From positions 1-64,000 of the forward strand of contig JBEWZL010000237.1 in NCBI GenBank assembly GCA_045837725.1: DNA of 64,000 nt, given 5' to 3'. This document shows positions 27,595 to 40,657 of the stretch, one piece after another (position 1 is the stretch's first letter; each line of letters begins with the position of its first letter). The DNA comes from Vermamoeba vermiformis. Its lineage: Eukaryota. The notes beneath the pieces were generated by a model. The model was not told where the DNA came from. It did no database searches and saw only the letters and a program-made list of their open reading frames with translations. Both the position numbers and the translations under genes were made by a program.

Positions 27595-27911
27595 AGTAAC
27601 TATTAATTAATTTGTTATACTAATGAAATAAAACTACATTATTCAATATTAATTAATTAAAGAAGCGGGATCCGTATAATTCAAAACAGACGTGTTTTGC
27701 TCGCTGAATAACATCGATAGACTCTATTGACATTAAGAATGAATATTAAGCTATAAATAATCCAATTCGAGAAGGAAATAAGAAGAAAGTTCAACCAAAT
27801 TGCACAAGAATTTTAGCGGTAGTAAATTACCCCTTCAGAGAAATGAACCACACTTAGTTTCATATTTATTCATCGTGTATATAGTTGTATAGTATCTATT
27901 AATATATTAGC

Positions 27912-30900
27912 ATGTCAAATACGAAGCAAATTAAAGTGGGATTCCTCCATAAACTAGGTAAAGCAGATCTTGCTTTCTATCAATTAAATAATATTTCTAA
28001 ATACCGAAATATCGTCACAAATCTCATAAATAAAACTACTAACGTATTCTAATATTTAATTTTCAATAGGATCCCATGAAAATTGGAAAAAGCGATATTT
28101 TGTCTTAGATTCAAATAATGAGCTGTCATTTTACGCAAATGAGGAGGTATTGATTTTATAAATAGTAATATGCACGTTAAAAATAGGTAATTAATGAACA
28201 ATAATGTAGTCCACTGAGATTCTGGGACGACTGCGGATTCAGCCCAAAACCGTTTGTGAAGAGACTGAAGGTCCAGCACATTTAGGAAAACATTTTAGTA
28301 TACAGACATCACTTGATAGTAAAGCATGGAAATTATGCGCTGCAAGGTAAGCGAAAATAACTCGCGAAATAAATAAATATTTGGATCTATTATTTACTGC
28401 TGCAAAATATTTATTGCGACGGTTCATAATAGTGCTAATAATAATATGCCGATACTCCAATCGTCCTAAATTAATGAAATATTTTCAATAATAATTTATC
28501 CGATATGCACACTTACGTCACCCCGTGCTGATCAATGAATTATTTAATAATGACTATTAATAGTGAGGCTGAACGCATGGTGTGGATGGAAAGTATTCGC
28601 AATGCTGCACGTAGCTTGATGACTTCAGATCTGAAGAGCGGCAAGAAAAAATTTCTCGAAGAAGATTTGGGACGAAAGACTGAAGAGTCTCCTTCGAAAG
28701 CCAAGGTAATATATTAATATTTTAGCGTTAAATATACTCAAAAATCTTTTATTGTAACGGATCCTTGAAATTGCATTTTAAAATTAGCGCCTTATTTAGA
28801 CAAGTTATAAGCCAATATTTTCGGTTGAATAGTATGAGAAGCATTATATTTATTTATCAGTATACAAGTCGCGAATTAAGCGTCAGATCTTGAAACTAAT
28901 TCGTACTTTTTTTGCTATTTTAGAGCCGACACTTACAACTTAGAAATCGAGGCCATGGTCGCAGTCGCAGTGAAGACATCAATCTTAATGCGTTGAGCGA
29001 GGCATTGAAGGCACGCGATGAAGACACGAATAAGAAAGACAAAAAGATGCAGCGAAAATCGGATCGCAAGAGCACGAAGACTTCAGAGCTAATAGCCGAC
29101 AGTAGTCTGCCTAATATTAGCATCAACAACACCAACACCAACAACACCACGCCGACTAAATTAGGCTCGAGCAGTGATGATATTGGACCGCTGTCGTTGC
29201 CCGTCAGTTCGCAGGACAGAAGTGACGATACTATCTCTGAGCTTAGCGAGGCCTCGCCTAATATAGGACAAGGTGCACATAGGACCAAGAGCGCGAATAT
29301 CAAAATCGATCTGAAATCTGCTAGAAGAGGAGATGGCGGAGCGAAGTCACCGCGCCGCAGAATGATGCAAAGTGGACCTTTGTCGCCTACTAAGGGCCTG
29401 GCTATATCTACAGATCAAATGGACAACGTTCTCTTGCCGAAGATAATTGAACAAGGTAAGATCCAAGCCTTTACAAAAACAATCAGCATTTTAGATCTGC
29501 TTCTTCCTCTTGCTAAATGCCAGATAATATTTTTGCGTATGATACATACGGGCAAACACAAATTCATAACCGAAATACGCGTAGGCGTAATCGGATCCAC
29601 TAAAATTTTCGTAATTTCGTTCAGATCTCGACCTCTTTTCAATGAGATTAACAGATTTATCACTATGAGTCATCATACCTGGCGTATAAATGAGTTAAAT
29701 CTTGTTATTAATCGATTAATTTTACGAACGAATACTACTTACTGAACGGCAAGGATCCGAAACACTATTTCTTTGCTTATCGATATTTATTCGGCTTGCC
29801 CATCATGTCTCATATGGGACGGAACTACGAGATCAATACAAGAGGTTGATAGCATATTACATCGTGTTGCTCGCATTATAAGCCAAATCCGATCTTTTCG
29901 AAATCGAATCTGCTGGAAAGTTTTTTAATGAACGCAGTACTAACGCTTAATATCTAATAGTTGAAAAGCCACTGCCAGTTATCACAGAAAACGAATTCCA
30001 AGCTCTTATTGAAGAATTCAAGGCCAATGACTTTTCAGATGCGCGTAAACAACTCATCGCATCTAACAAACAGCGATTAACGTACGTAAAATAGTATATT
30101 GGTATTATAGTAGTGTATACTAATATTGGTATACGATAGATGCCAGCAAGTAGCTGAGTTTTATGACCAGATCGACTACGCGGAAGAACGAGTGAGTAGA
30201 CACTGACATGCGTGAGCTTTGCAAAGATAACTAATAAGGCTATTTCTTTGTACTATAGATGCTCATGCTATCGACATTCATCCCACGCATTCCAGATCTC
30301 GAAAGCTTTGAAGAAGTCGTGCTGGAAAATATATTGCTGGATGCTGAAAAAGACAAAGCACGCGAGATCTACAAGCAACACCAAGACGCCGTGCAAAAGC
30401 AAAAGCAAGACCTACTCGTGCAACAACAGTTACTGCAGTTACAACAACAAGCAACGTTGCAAGTGCCGTCAACACCGGTCAAGATGCACTTGTCGCCATC
30501 CGAACCTGAAGTGCACACGCCTTCAGAGTCTGAAAGTCGCAGTGCGCGGTCGTCACAGAGCGTTGATGCTGCAAAGAGACGCAAGCCATTCCAAGGCCAC
30601 AGACGCAATGTATCAGTGCCACTGAGCATCACATCCAACGATTCAAGTTCTAACCGCAGCACGATGGACGGACCTACCGACATCTTGTTTGAAGATCAAG
30701 ACCACAGAATTGACTTCAATATGTTGCGTCGCATTGAAAGCTATGAATTGGAAGAGTTTATCAAGTTCTTGAAGGAGACACCTTTCATCAACAAGCGCCG
30801 CGAAGGAATAATCAAGTTAAGAAGGTAGGCACTTCTAATATATAATACTCGAGTAATACTATTTAAAATATAGTATTGTAATAATAGTACTTGTTTTCGG

Positions 30901-31150
30901 TTTGAAATTTAGTCGATCCAAGTACGCGGATCACTAACAAAACTTTTTATTTTTTAGGGATCATTTGTTAACGTGCGAGGATTTGAGCAAGATATTGGAC
31001 ACATTGACATTCGGAGATGAAAAAGTTAAGGCTATTTATCTGTTATACGACTCGTTGATGGATAAAGACACCAATATCAAGGTAGTCTCGAGCAAATTGA
31101 CTTTTCAGAGCGAGAAGATCAAAGTGCGCGAGTTATTGCCGATTAGCTAA
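27912..31150 (+). CDS. PH-domain protein with C-terminal DUF4476-like repeats
   Basis: KVGFLHKLG/NWKKRYFVL...SEAERMVWMESI; low-complexity middle; EFQALIEEFKANDFSD...LTCQQV and LTCEDLSKILDTLTFGDEKVKAI. Confidence 0.8.
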
Positions 31151-31418
31151 CAATTTTGTGCGAATGTCGAGTTGTTTTACAGTAATAAACTAAATGTACA
31201 GTGTTTTGAACGAGATGGCGCCAGATCTTACCGTTTAACTCGAATTGACGGTAGCATGTTCTTGCAGTCGCGTCCTGTAGTTCGCAAACCTTCTGCGATT
31301 AATAGCAAAATGAGCAATTTCTTTGGAACATTCTCGAAGCGATCTATTTGAACGCTCTTTTTTCAGCTTCGTGTCACTAACAAAGCACAACAACAAACCC
31401 TCTACCTTCCTAACGCAA

Positions 31419-32509
31419 ATGAAGTCAACTACCGTCTTCTTTCTCGTGACTGTTTTCGTGGCAGTCCTCAACCGCTGCGTCGCTTCAGCTTCCGTCGACA
31501 TCCAGCTGGACGAGATGGCGAACCATAAACAAGGCTAGTAATAATTTCAATTCCAAATTATCAGCAATAATGTACACTCTTAAAATTTTAAGAGTTTGTA
31601 TATTTTAAAATTATTTTAAGGGTTTTGTTGATATTTTGGGCTCGATCCTAGTTCGTTTTTCCGTAGGTCTGAAAAAGCCCCCTGTTTGGCCTTTACAATG
31701 GAACGCAACGCTCATCAAAATTGGACCTGAAGCACAGCCGCAGCAAATTACCGTAAGTCTTCTTCTAGAATACCACCGAGTGTTCGATCACATCCAGAGC
31801 TTCCGGAAGAGTTAATGATTCTAATGTATATATTCCTTAACAGTGGGTTAAATTCTACTACGATTGGGTCAAGCAAGGCAATCGTTTCGATTTCTACGAC
31901 AGCTACCTGAACTTGCAATCTGAGGTAATCTTGGAGCTGCATTAATTTGTTTCTTCTCGCGTGCTAATGTATATATTATCATAGTGGAACAATTCATTCA
32001 CTATCTTGTTCAAAAACTCGACGATCTACCACATCTATCCGATTGCACAAAACTGCTCGATCCGTTCTCGTTCAATTGGACTCATTTCTCCTTATTGGTT
32101 GCAACAAACCTCGTAAGTACATTATTATGCATGAAATATGCTTATTATGGACGAGCCTGAAGTTCCAGAAATCTCGAGGATCAGATTCGAGATCTCGAAT
32201 ATTACTTGCGTGAGGCTAATAGTTAATTTCAGTTACGTCACTTCACTCGAGTTCCGAGGCATGTGGTGCGACATGTTCCAGTTCACAGACGGCAGTGGCA
32301 TGTTGTACTATCAACGAGCAGACTCTGAAACGCCCGTGCGTTCCACCAACCAAGCTGAAGATCCAGGGTACGTCACGGTTGATATTAGCTACATAGTGAT
32401 GAGTTCGTACTAACAGTGTCGTATCAACAGTGCTACGGACTATGTTGACGTGCTGTATGGTCCGCAAGATGATTCGTTGTTCGATGTTCCGTCGTATTGT
32501 CCCCAATAA
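31419..32509 (+). CDS. Secreted ependymin-related / LolA-fold-like protein (multi-exon)
   Basis: Signal peptide; PPVWPLQW; FYYDW..GNRFD; ISPYWL; C-terminal SLFDVPSYC. Confidence 0.7.
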
Positions 32510-32839
32510 TAAGGCTGAGACTTTGAGTTCCTCCATGAGTTTTATTTTCGTTAATGTTTCTACAACAAATAAATACTATCATTTCAACGCAGTACCAGAT
32601 CTCTGATCTCCACCGTGGATTCTCCAAAGTCCGTTTGCATGGCGTAGCATCAACAGAGTGCCCACACAACGATGAGCCCAAAGATTCCGGCGCACACAGA
32701 GGAAGATCAATTGCGGCAAGTGCACCGTGACATTACATCTCTATGAGCTTAAAGTTAGCACGTTCTTCAGTACCGAGGCGCTGAAGTTCGATGCCGGGTA
32801 TACAGTCGTCAGTTACGCGAAGGACAAAGGATCAACAAA

Positions 32840-33120
32840 AAAGAAAAAAGAGAAAGGACGACAAGTAACTCAGCCCGGCCCCCCCCCTAGTAGTAGCGTG
32901 GAGAAAGAGGGTTAGGAGGGGGGGGGGATGTAGATTAGGTTGTGGTAGACTAGGGGGGTAGAGATAGGAAAGATTCAGTGGAGGATACTGTTAGAAAGAA
33001 GATTTGGGAGAGCCGCTTTCATGGAGATCGAAGGCATAGTCATCAGAGTGACTTCTGGTCCAAGTGCGGTGGCCCCACACGACGGAACGAAGCGCTGAAG
33101 AAATTTGAAAGCGATTTCAG
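32840..33120 (-). repeat. G/C-homopolymer-rich segment, possible retroelement 3'-end remnant
   Basis: C9, G10 and G6 runs with strong purine skew, atypical for this window; no RT motif visible. Confidence 0.3.
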
Positions 33121-33357
33121 CTTTGTTGTTTTCAAATGGAATTAATTGCTAGTTGTTTAGGGTTCGCCATCTGGATGCCGGCTATAAAAAGCGATGAGAA
33201 TGACAGTAACTCTTTCATTTGCGATCGAAGACGAGTAGTGTTGTTGTGCCTTATCGCATGAGAGGGAAAAATAACGCGCAAGACAAATTTTATTGAGAAG
33301 TGTTAGAGCGGAAATTAACTCACGACGCACAAGGTGAACATTGATGGTGGCATTCAG

Positions 33358-36300
33358 TTATTTGTGCTTCAAAGTGCACCAAATGGTTTTACTAGTCCAC
33401 TCGATTGGATCAACGAGATTAACCGTGTTAGGTCCAACTCCCTACCAAGAAGTACTGTTATTAATTGCACTATGTATAGTAGCTTATACATTAACATACC
33501 CTAGTCGCGGAGTATCCTTCTTGTTCGAGGTATCTGTAATTCGTCGGCTCAGTCGTCACGTAAAGTTTGTATGCGGCCTTATTGACACGTCCGGGAATTG
33601 ATTTGTCAATAGCTACTGGTCCATATGCTTTGGTGCCATCTGGAATATTCACCATAAACTCGGTGCTGGGCAATGGGCCTGTGTCTGCGTGGTCTTCGGG
33701 ATAAATTTGTTTAATGCCACCGTTTTCGTCGAACTGAATGATGGCAAAATAGAGTTTTTCTTGCGACGTTTGTCGGACACCAAATCTGATGTACTCTCCT
33801 TCGACGAGTTCACCATGGCCTCGAATTTCAGTCCACTGCTGCACCGGTGTGAATTTGCTTTTTGAGTGATAAACAACGAACTCGATCTGATCCTGCCACA
33901 AGGTCTCGTTGTGATTATGTAAATGCATCTCGTATTGTGCATAGGCTAATAGGTTGTTCACTATCGCTTCTTTGTTTGATGACGGATCAGGGGGCAAGAC
34001 GATGTTATTGTCCTTGTCCGTTACTACGTATGCTGTAGTTTTGGTCAAATTGATGAAATGATTAAACGGTTGCTGCATTTCTTTCATTATCAACACGGCT
34101 TTGTTCTTTTCGACTTCGCGGAATCTTTCGCTCAACTTCGTTCTGACACTTTCCAGACAGAAGGCGGGCAGGTTTATAGCAATACGATTCTCATCTGCCC
34201 GTTGGATCTCGAATGCACGGTACCCCTTGAGCTCGTAGTCGACATTCTGTTGCAGCGAAGCCCAACAAGTCGTGCTTCCGACGAAGACAACAGAAGCTGT
34301 CATTTGAGAGCTGCCATCGGGCACTCTCACATTGGGCTTGTAGAGGGCAAACACTGAGCCTCGCGTTATTGCATGCACAGTGCCGACATCAAGCTGTACG
34401 TCATCACCGTCCCGACCGATGACAACTGCAAATTTGCTGCCATCGAGCTTGGAAGTGCCAAACAGCTGCCACGTTCTTTCACCTTCAATCTTTGGCGTCT
34501 GCTTCTCAAATTTTGTGGCTATTTGTCCAAAGATGTCGCCGTAGGTCACTTGTTCGTCCACGCTCGTAATTGATTGCAAGGCAGTGCACCAATAGAATGT
34601 CAATGCACCGTATGACTTAGCTTCGTGGTCCACCTCGTAAGCGAGCCTATTATACGCACAAGCAGCGATAACAACGACGTTGTCGAGTGAGGGGCGATAA
34701 TTGTGAAGACGATCAATGTTTTCTAAGGCATAGTAGGTCAGTACAAGTCACACCATAACAAGTGGTACTTACTGATTGATTGTGTCGTCCCCAAGCGCGA
34801 GTCATGCGATACAATGCGGGCTCGAACAAGCTTGGTTGGATCTCTCGTGATAGATTCAGAGTGACAGGAATCGAAGATGACTGATACGTGAGCTGCGTAT
34901 TTTGATAGCTCCGACAAAAATGCTCTGATCTCTTCATCTGTTATGTCGGTAGATGGTGGGACTTGGCTGTCATCCTCTATAAGGCCACCGTCCTTCTTCA
35001 AGCGACCGCTGTCACAGGGCACAATAGTCTCGTTCTGACCTGTTGGATGATTTGGGTTTGGTCGCACTGAGCCATGACCACTGTAGTGAATTGTAACAAC
35101 TCCGCCGGGATTTTGTTTTACGTTCTCAATCAGAGTTGCGAAGGCAGCTAAAATATTGTCACGTGTCGGGAGATTTGACGTCTGAAGGTTGTCGTCGCTG
35201 ATCAAGCACATGATGTTCTCTTCCTTGAATCCAAACTTGTTGATCAGTGTAGTCTTCATCAATTCGACATCGTTGACAGCACCAGTAAGACCTTTGATAT
35301 ACTGGTACTTGTTGATGCCTATCAGCAGCGCCAATTTTAGGGTTTGTTTCTCGCTATCGGGACCTCTTGTTCGATTAGTGAGTTGGACATTCGCAAACGG
35401 GTCGTCGTTGCCGTGTTTTCCAATCATGAAGTCCGCTGGTTTATCATCGGCTGTATTCTCTGCACTGGTGGCAGTAGATGAGGGCGGCGCCGCAACTTGA
35501 AATCTAGAAAAATTGTTGAGTACGCAGTCCATTATTTCATTAATAGGCATACCTATTTGGTGTGGCGTGTTCATCGATACCGTCGCTAATCATTTGTTCT
35601 TTCAAATAATTAAGCTCGTCAACGACGTCTGCATTGTCTGGTCGGTCTATTGACGCATCCACATCGCTGATAGAGCACTCGTAGATCTCTTTAAGACCAT
35701 CGTTTGTGAGGGTTTTGAAGATTTCTTCTTTGTGCGCAAGAATGTACCACAGAGTGTAAGACGGGCATCGCATATACACTAGGGCACTGCCGCGTGCTTG
35801 CACAACATCATGAACAGGAACGCCAAGAACTTTCAGCGAGATAGCAGCGTATTCGGAGACCGCTCTAATAGTGCCGTTAGGCTCGTATCGGAAGCACAAA
35901 TAGATTTTTGGCTTGGGCTCCGGTCTAATTGGTGGCGCAAGGCTCCATTCGTCGAGAAATTCGATGAAGCAGGATTCAAACACTTGATCCGGATCTCGAC
36001 CACTGCTAACACCGCTGAGAAGTACTTCGAGTCCATCAATAGCCAACAACTTCTTCTCAGGGGAATGTAGCTGGTTGTAATCTAACTCCAACGTATCCAA
36101 ACTGACCGCCTTCACCTTGCACTGCAGCGTGCCAGTAACTATCTGGTTGTCTTTGATTCTTTTGACGTTTGCGATGCTGGAAACTGTCATTAACGGACTT
36201 CCTTGTTCTTGACTATTCTCCAGCAACAATATGGCGTCGTTAGCAATGGACAAACAATCCATCATGGTGAGGGCACTTAGGTTATTGTAAGAGAGTACCA

Positions 36301-37072
36301 ACACGTGTCGTTTTTTGTCGGTCACAAATTGTTGAAAGCTGAAGAGATGAAGGTTGGCAGAACTTGCTTCTTTCTCGTACTTGAGCTTCTGCAGTGCTTT
36401 TTGAACACACTCCACGAACTTTCCGGGCACCAAAAGTAGCACGTTTGTATTGACATCAGAGGTCGGAGTTGGCACCATAACAGGAAGAGGGTGAGTAAAT
36501 TGATCGTGTTGCACTTCAGCAGGTTGCAAGGGAGGAGCAGGCTGCGGAACATTAGTATTGTTTGTGTCGTTTCCAGGGGTTCCTTGCGGCGACTCGCTGA
36601 CTAACGGCATTGGGATTTCGTTCGTATTTGTTGCGTAGCAAATAACGTGCTCGACATGATTATCAGCGGCGAACAAAAACCAAACATTTCCCGACTTGTT
36701 TTTTTTGAAGTCAATTTGATTCAAATAACAAACCGGGTCAGTAGTTTTAACGCTCTGTTTGCATTCAAATAGCGCAGTATCGTCGCAGAGCAGTGTTACA
36801 GGTGCCATCGTAACAAACCAATAGATTGAGCGCCCAGAGAGTTTTTTATCTGCAGGAAGAGGCTTGGCAACTTGGATGATCTTTTTGTTTCGCTTTTCGA
36901 CGTCCGTCAATTTGTTTCCAAGGTCTTTCACTCGTATGTAGCGCAGTCTCGGTCTGAAGAAAAGCATTTTAGCTAATAGTCCGCCGCAAATAATACACTT
37001 ACAGAGGGTCACTACAGACCGCCATTGGATCGGACTGGTATTGTTGCTCGGTGTTTGTAATGAGCGAACCAT
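33358..37072 (-). CDS. Large caspase-family protease (Peptidase C14, prokaryote-like) with ~510-aa N-terminal extension and C-terminal DUF4384-like domain; exons 37072-35553, 35503-34773, 34722-33500, 33441-33358
   Basis: ALLIGINKY..LTGAVNDV; HYSGHG and IFDSCHS catalytic dyad; IAAC...AYE; YGALT; QTPKIEG; DVGTVHAITRGSVFALY; EGEYIRFGV..LYFAIIQFDENGGIKQIYP. Three short GT-AG introns join the ORFs in frame. Confidence 0.9.
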
Positions 37073-37596
37073 AGTCTATCATTTCATCGCTCTCCCACTC
37101 TTGGTTTGGGTTGTCGTTGTTGTTATTTCCGCCTAGTCATTAATTAATAAAACCAAATATGTTTCTAATAAAATAAACATTTTCAGAACATTATTTAATA
37201 GCCCAATACCCAGAGCTTCGAGATAATTTAATAGAAAAGTGTCGGATTTGGCTTTAGAAAAATTAGTTGTTTGAACTCGAAAAAAGAAATCTTACTCATT
37301 TTTGATATTGCCCAAGTGACTTGAGAATATTTGTGGTGTTATATTCTATTCTTTGGGTGAAAAGAATTAAACCAATTCTTCTTCGTGGCGGTTGTTTGTG
37401 GTTGCTCAGTTGTAAATCGTATTATAGACGCGATGTAGTTCTATTCTTTTCTGTTCATGCACAATGAATTAAATGATAAGATTCTCCCACGTGAAACTAT
37501 TGGCAGGCCACGTGTCGTGTTTAGCAAGATCTCCGTGATTATTTCCTGAAATTGATTTATATGATGATTTCGTATTCAAACGTAATATGGCTCGTT

Positions 37597-40318
37597 TCAG
37601 AAGCCAATTACAACGTAGTTTTTCCACTCATTAGAGTGATGGAAAAGATCTGAAATCGCTTCACGGTATGCAACGATTTTTGACTTGCCTTCACTAATGC
37701 GCCTGTAGAACGATGACATGAATGCTTTGGCCATTTCGTCTTTGATACTCGTCAAAGTGGCCACAACACACTCCGCACCTATTGTTCCGCTTTAATTAAT
37801 TGAATAAATGGATCCATCGAGTTTCACGTACCAACCACGATGAACGACATGTAGATACCGAGAGGACCAATCGACACTTCAGCGCCATCAGCAGTACTGC
37901 AACACGAAAGCGTGACTAACTTTAACCGCTCCATATTTGGAGATGTCAAAATGTCATCAGCGTTTAGCAATTCTTTGCCGAACAATTGAATCTTGCCTGA
38001 CAGCTCGTAGTAAGTGCCGCCATGGCCTTCAGGCTTATTATGGCTTGCCAAATGAACGACAGTTAAAAGTTTGTTGCGTAGTGCTGCGATGACTTGATCG
38101 CGACAAAAATCCTTGCCGATCAACTTCTTTGGCTTAGTCAACTTCAAGAGCTCTTCAATCTGCTTGATTTCATGTTGAACTTCGTCAAGATCGCCCGTCG
38201 TCAGTCCACCGAGCAGTGTTGCTGTGCTGCTGTCCAGCGTCACGCCACGCAACAGTCCAGCACAGCGCTGTTTCACAAACCAAAACAGCGATGGAAGAAT
38301 GCAGACGTGCTTCTCTTCGATCAAGTACTTGGAGGTATCGGGAATATTGAATGCGGCAGGATTGGACCACTTGCCTTGAAACACAAAGCCCACGTGTGCG
38401 AATGGTTGGAGTGCTTCGTGCAAGATTAAAGGGTACATGTCTTCTTCTTCTAATTCAACTGGCTTGGGAGGCACGCCACGAGTAACTCCTGCGACATCAC
38501 TCACGGACACCATTGAGTATCGCTTTCTGTTCTTCGGTCGTTCAAATGCCATGACTGCGTTCTTCGAGATGAAGTAGATGTACTCAGCACTCGCCTTGTT
38601 GAATACATCTTTGCATAAAGAGTAGACCACAATCGCTGACACGTCGTCGAGAAGTGCTTGAACTTGTGCCACGGTCACTGCATCTTCGTGTCGCAGATGA
38701 ACATTAGCGTTGTAACTGAGCGATGTCAGTGACAGTCTGAACCAATCTGAGACTTCAATCGCTGAGGAGATGTCGCCGAGAGACACGTGTATGAGTTGAT
38801 AGAGTTGCGAGAGTTGATGGTGTAGCTCGAAGGCACTCAGTACCAGACGTGAGCTCGAGGAATTATTCAATATTCTTTTCGAACATTCAATGCACTCTTC
38901 GATACTTTCTTTCGCTTGCGTCAGCTGGTTCAACTTCCAGTAAGCCAAAGCCAAGCCGTAGAGTCGCATAATTATGAAATATTCTTCTTTGACACTTTGA
39001 CAGGTTGAGTTGACGAGCTCTTGGATTGCAGCGTGATAATGTTCGTCTAGAAGATGCGCGAAGCCAAGTAATATTGTTGCACGCTGAAACTCTCCTTTCT
39101 TATCGTGTGCTGCGGCCAGTTCTTTGATACGTGTGAAGTGCCGTTTAGCATCATCAGCTTGGGGTCTGACGAAGAGTGCAACATAGCCGAGATTGAAGCG
39201 CGATGCAGTGATGCCATCGATGTTGTTGCATTGCTCGTACCATTGCAAGCTCTCAATGTGATACTTCTCCGACATGACCGAGTATTCAGGCTGTCGCTGC
39301 TGCTGACAGAGAATGCCCAAAATATTGTTCACAAAAGCTCGTTTTGGTACGGGAATATCCCAACGCAAGTACTCGTCAAGTGTCATTTTAATCTCGTTCA
39401 TCTTTTGTGCATCGTCACCGCTGATGTGAGGGACAATTGGCGAGGAGTGAAAGGCCGAGGGAAGTTCGTCCGGTTCAAGCTTGATGAGGTCATTCCACGC
39501 CTCTTTGAACCACGCAATGGCGTTCGTAATGTCGCCATTCACGATGTACATAATGATGATGCTGAAGCGCATTGTCGTTTTAAACGAAGGAAGCGTTTGC
39601 CGGACAAACACGTCTTTTTCGTGCAGCAGCTTGGCTAGTTGTGGTATTATTCCGTCGAGTTTTGTCATGACCTCTTTGGGTATTTGATTCAATATACGCT
39701 AACAGTTCGATAAGTACTCATATATATTATAAGAGGTTTACTAACCTCGACATTGGCAATCGTGCGCTCAAAGTTGCGAAACGATTCAACGCCCTTCTCG
39801 AAGCATTCATTTGCCTTCTGAAACTCTCCGCGCAGTCCATAACAACGACCTTGCCATAACTTGAGTCCAATTCCAAGCACGGAGAAGTACATATTGGCAG
39901 GGAAAGTACAAATAACAAATCGGATCTTCTCCAGAGCTTTGAGTATATTCATAGCAACTTCTATGAAATTGGTGCTCGGGACTTGGAGCTGTTCTATAAG
40001 GTCTTTAGCCTCGCCAGACTCGTGTTGAATCTGATTCAAAAGAGATCGCATCCGGCCCGCTTCGTCGAGCTTCGCGGCTATCATTGAAGATGCGAGTTCG
40101 AAAAGGTTATTGTTGAAACAATACTTTTCAACTTCGATCCACTTCGTCCGTAGAGAATGCAGGTCTTCACCGAGGGTTGCTAACTTTGAAAGGGCTTGCA
40201 CGGGATCGGGATATTCATCTTTCGGTTCAATAGACTCAATCTTACGCCAAATGGCACGAAAAGTTTCTTCTGCTTCTTTATCCACTATAGTAATTATCTT
40301 CCTGTTATTCTGTAGCAT
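37597..40318 (-). CDS. TPR-CHAT protease A (exons 40318-39746, 39698-37832, 37778-37597)
   Basis: Helical/TPR repeats (NNILGILC, RFNLGYV, LYGLALAYWKL); CHAT motifs YLIEEK, VHLASHN, LVTLSCCST, GAECVVATL..IKD, W..YVVIG. Confidence 0.88.
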
Positions 40319-40657
40319 TGCGAGCCTGAAAACTAAAATTAATTTTGGTTTTCAAGATCGGCTTCTGAAAGTGCAGCCAACAGAGCAAACAATCAAATAC
40401 AAAATCTTGTGCTACCATAATGATGAAAATTATTTACCTTGTTACTCTTGCTCCCGAAACTGACACGCTGTCAAATCCGAAGAATATGGAACTATTGATT
40501 GTGGAAGTACAGTTGTGGATAAACCTGTAGAACCTAATTTCAACAATGGTGCATCGGTGGAGAAAAGTTTTCAAAGAATAGATTGATTTGTGGCACAAAA
40601 AAAAAAGAATTGAATTAGATCAGTTCACTTCGATTATATACTTACAACACGACCACA

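Noticed and set aside
30380-30460. Poly-Q tract in the PH protein
   Set aside because: Ordinary low-complexity coding sequence.
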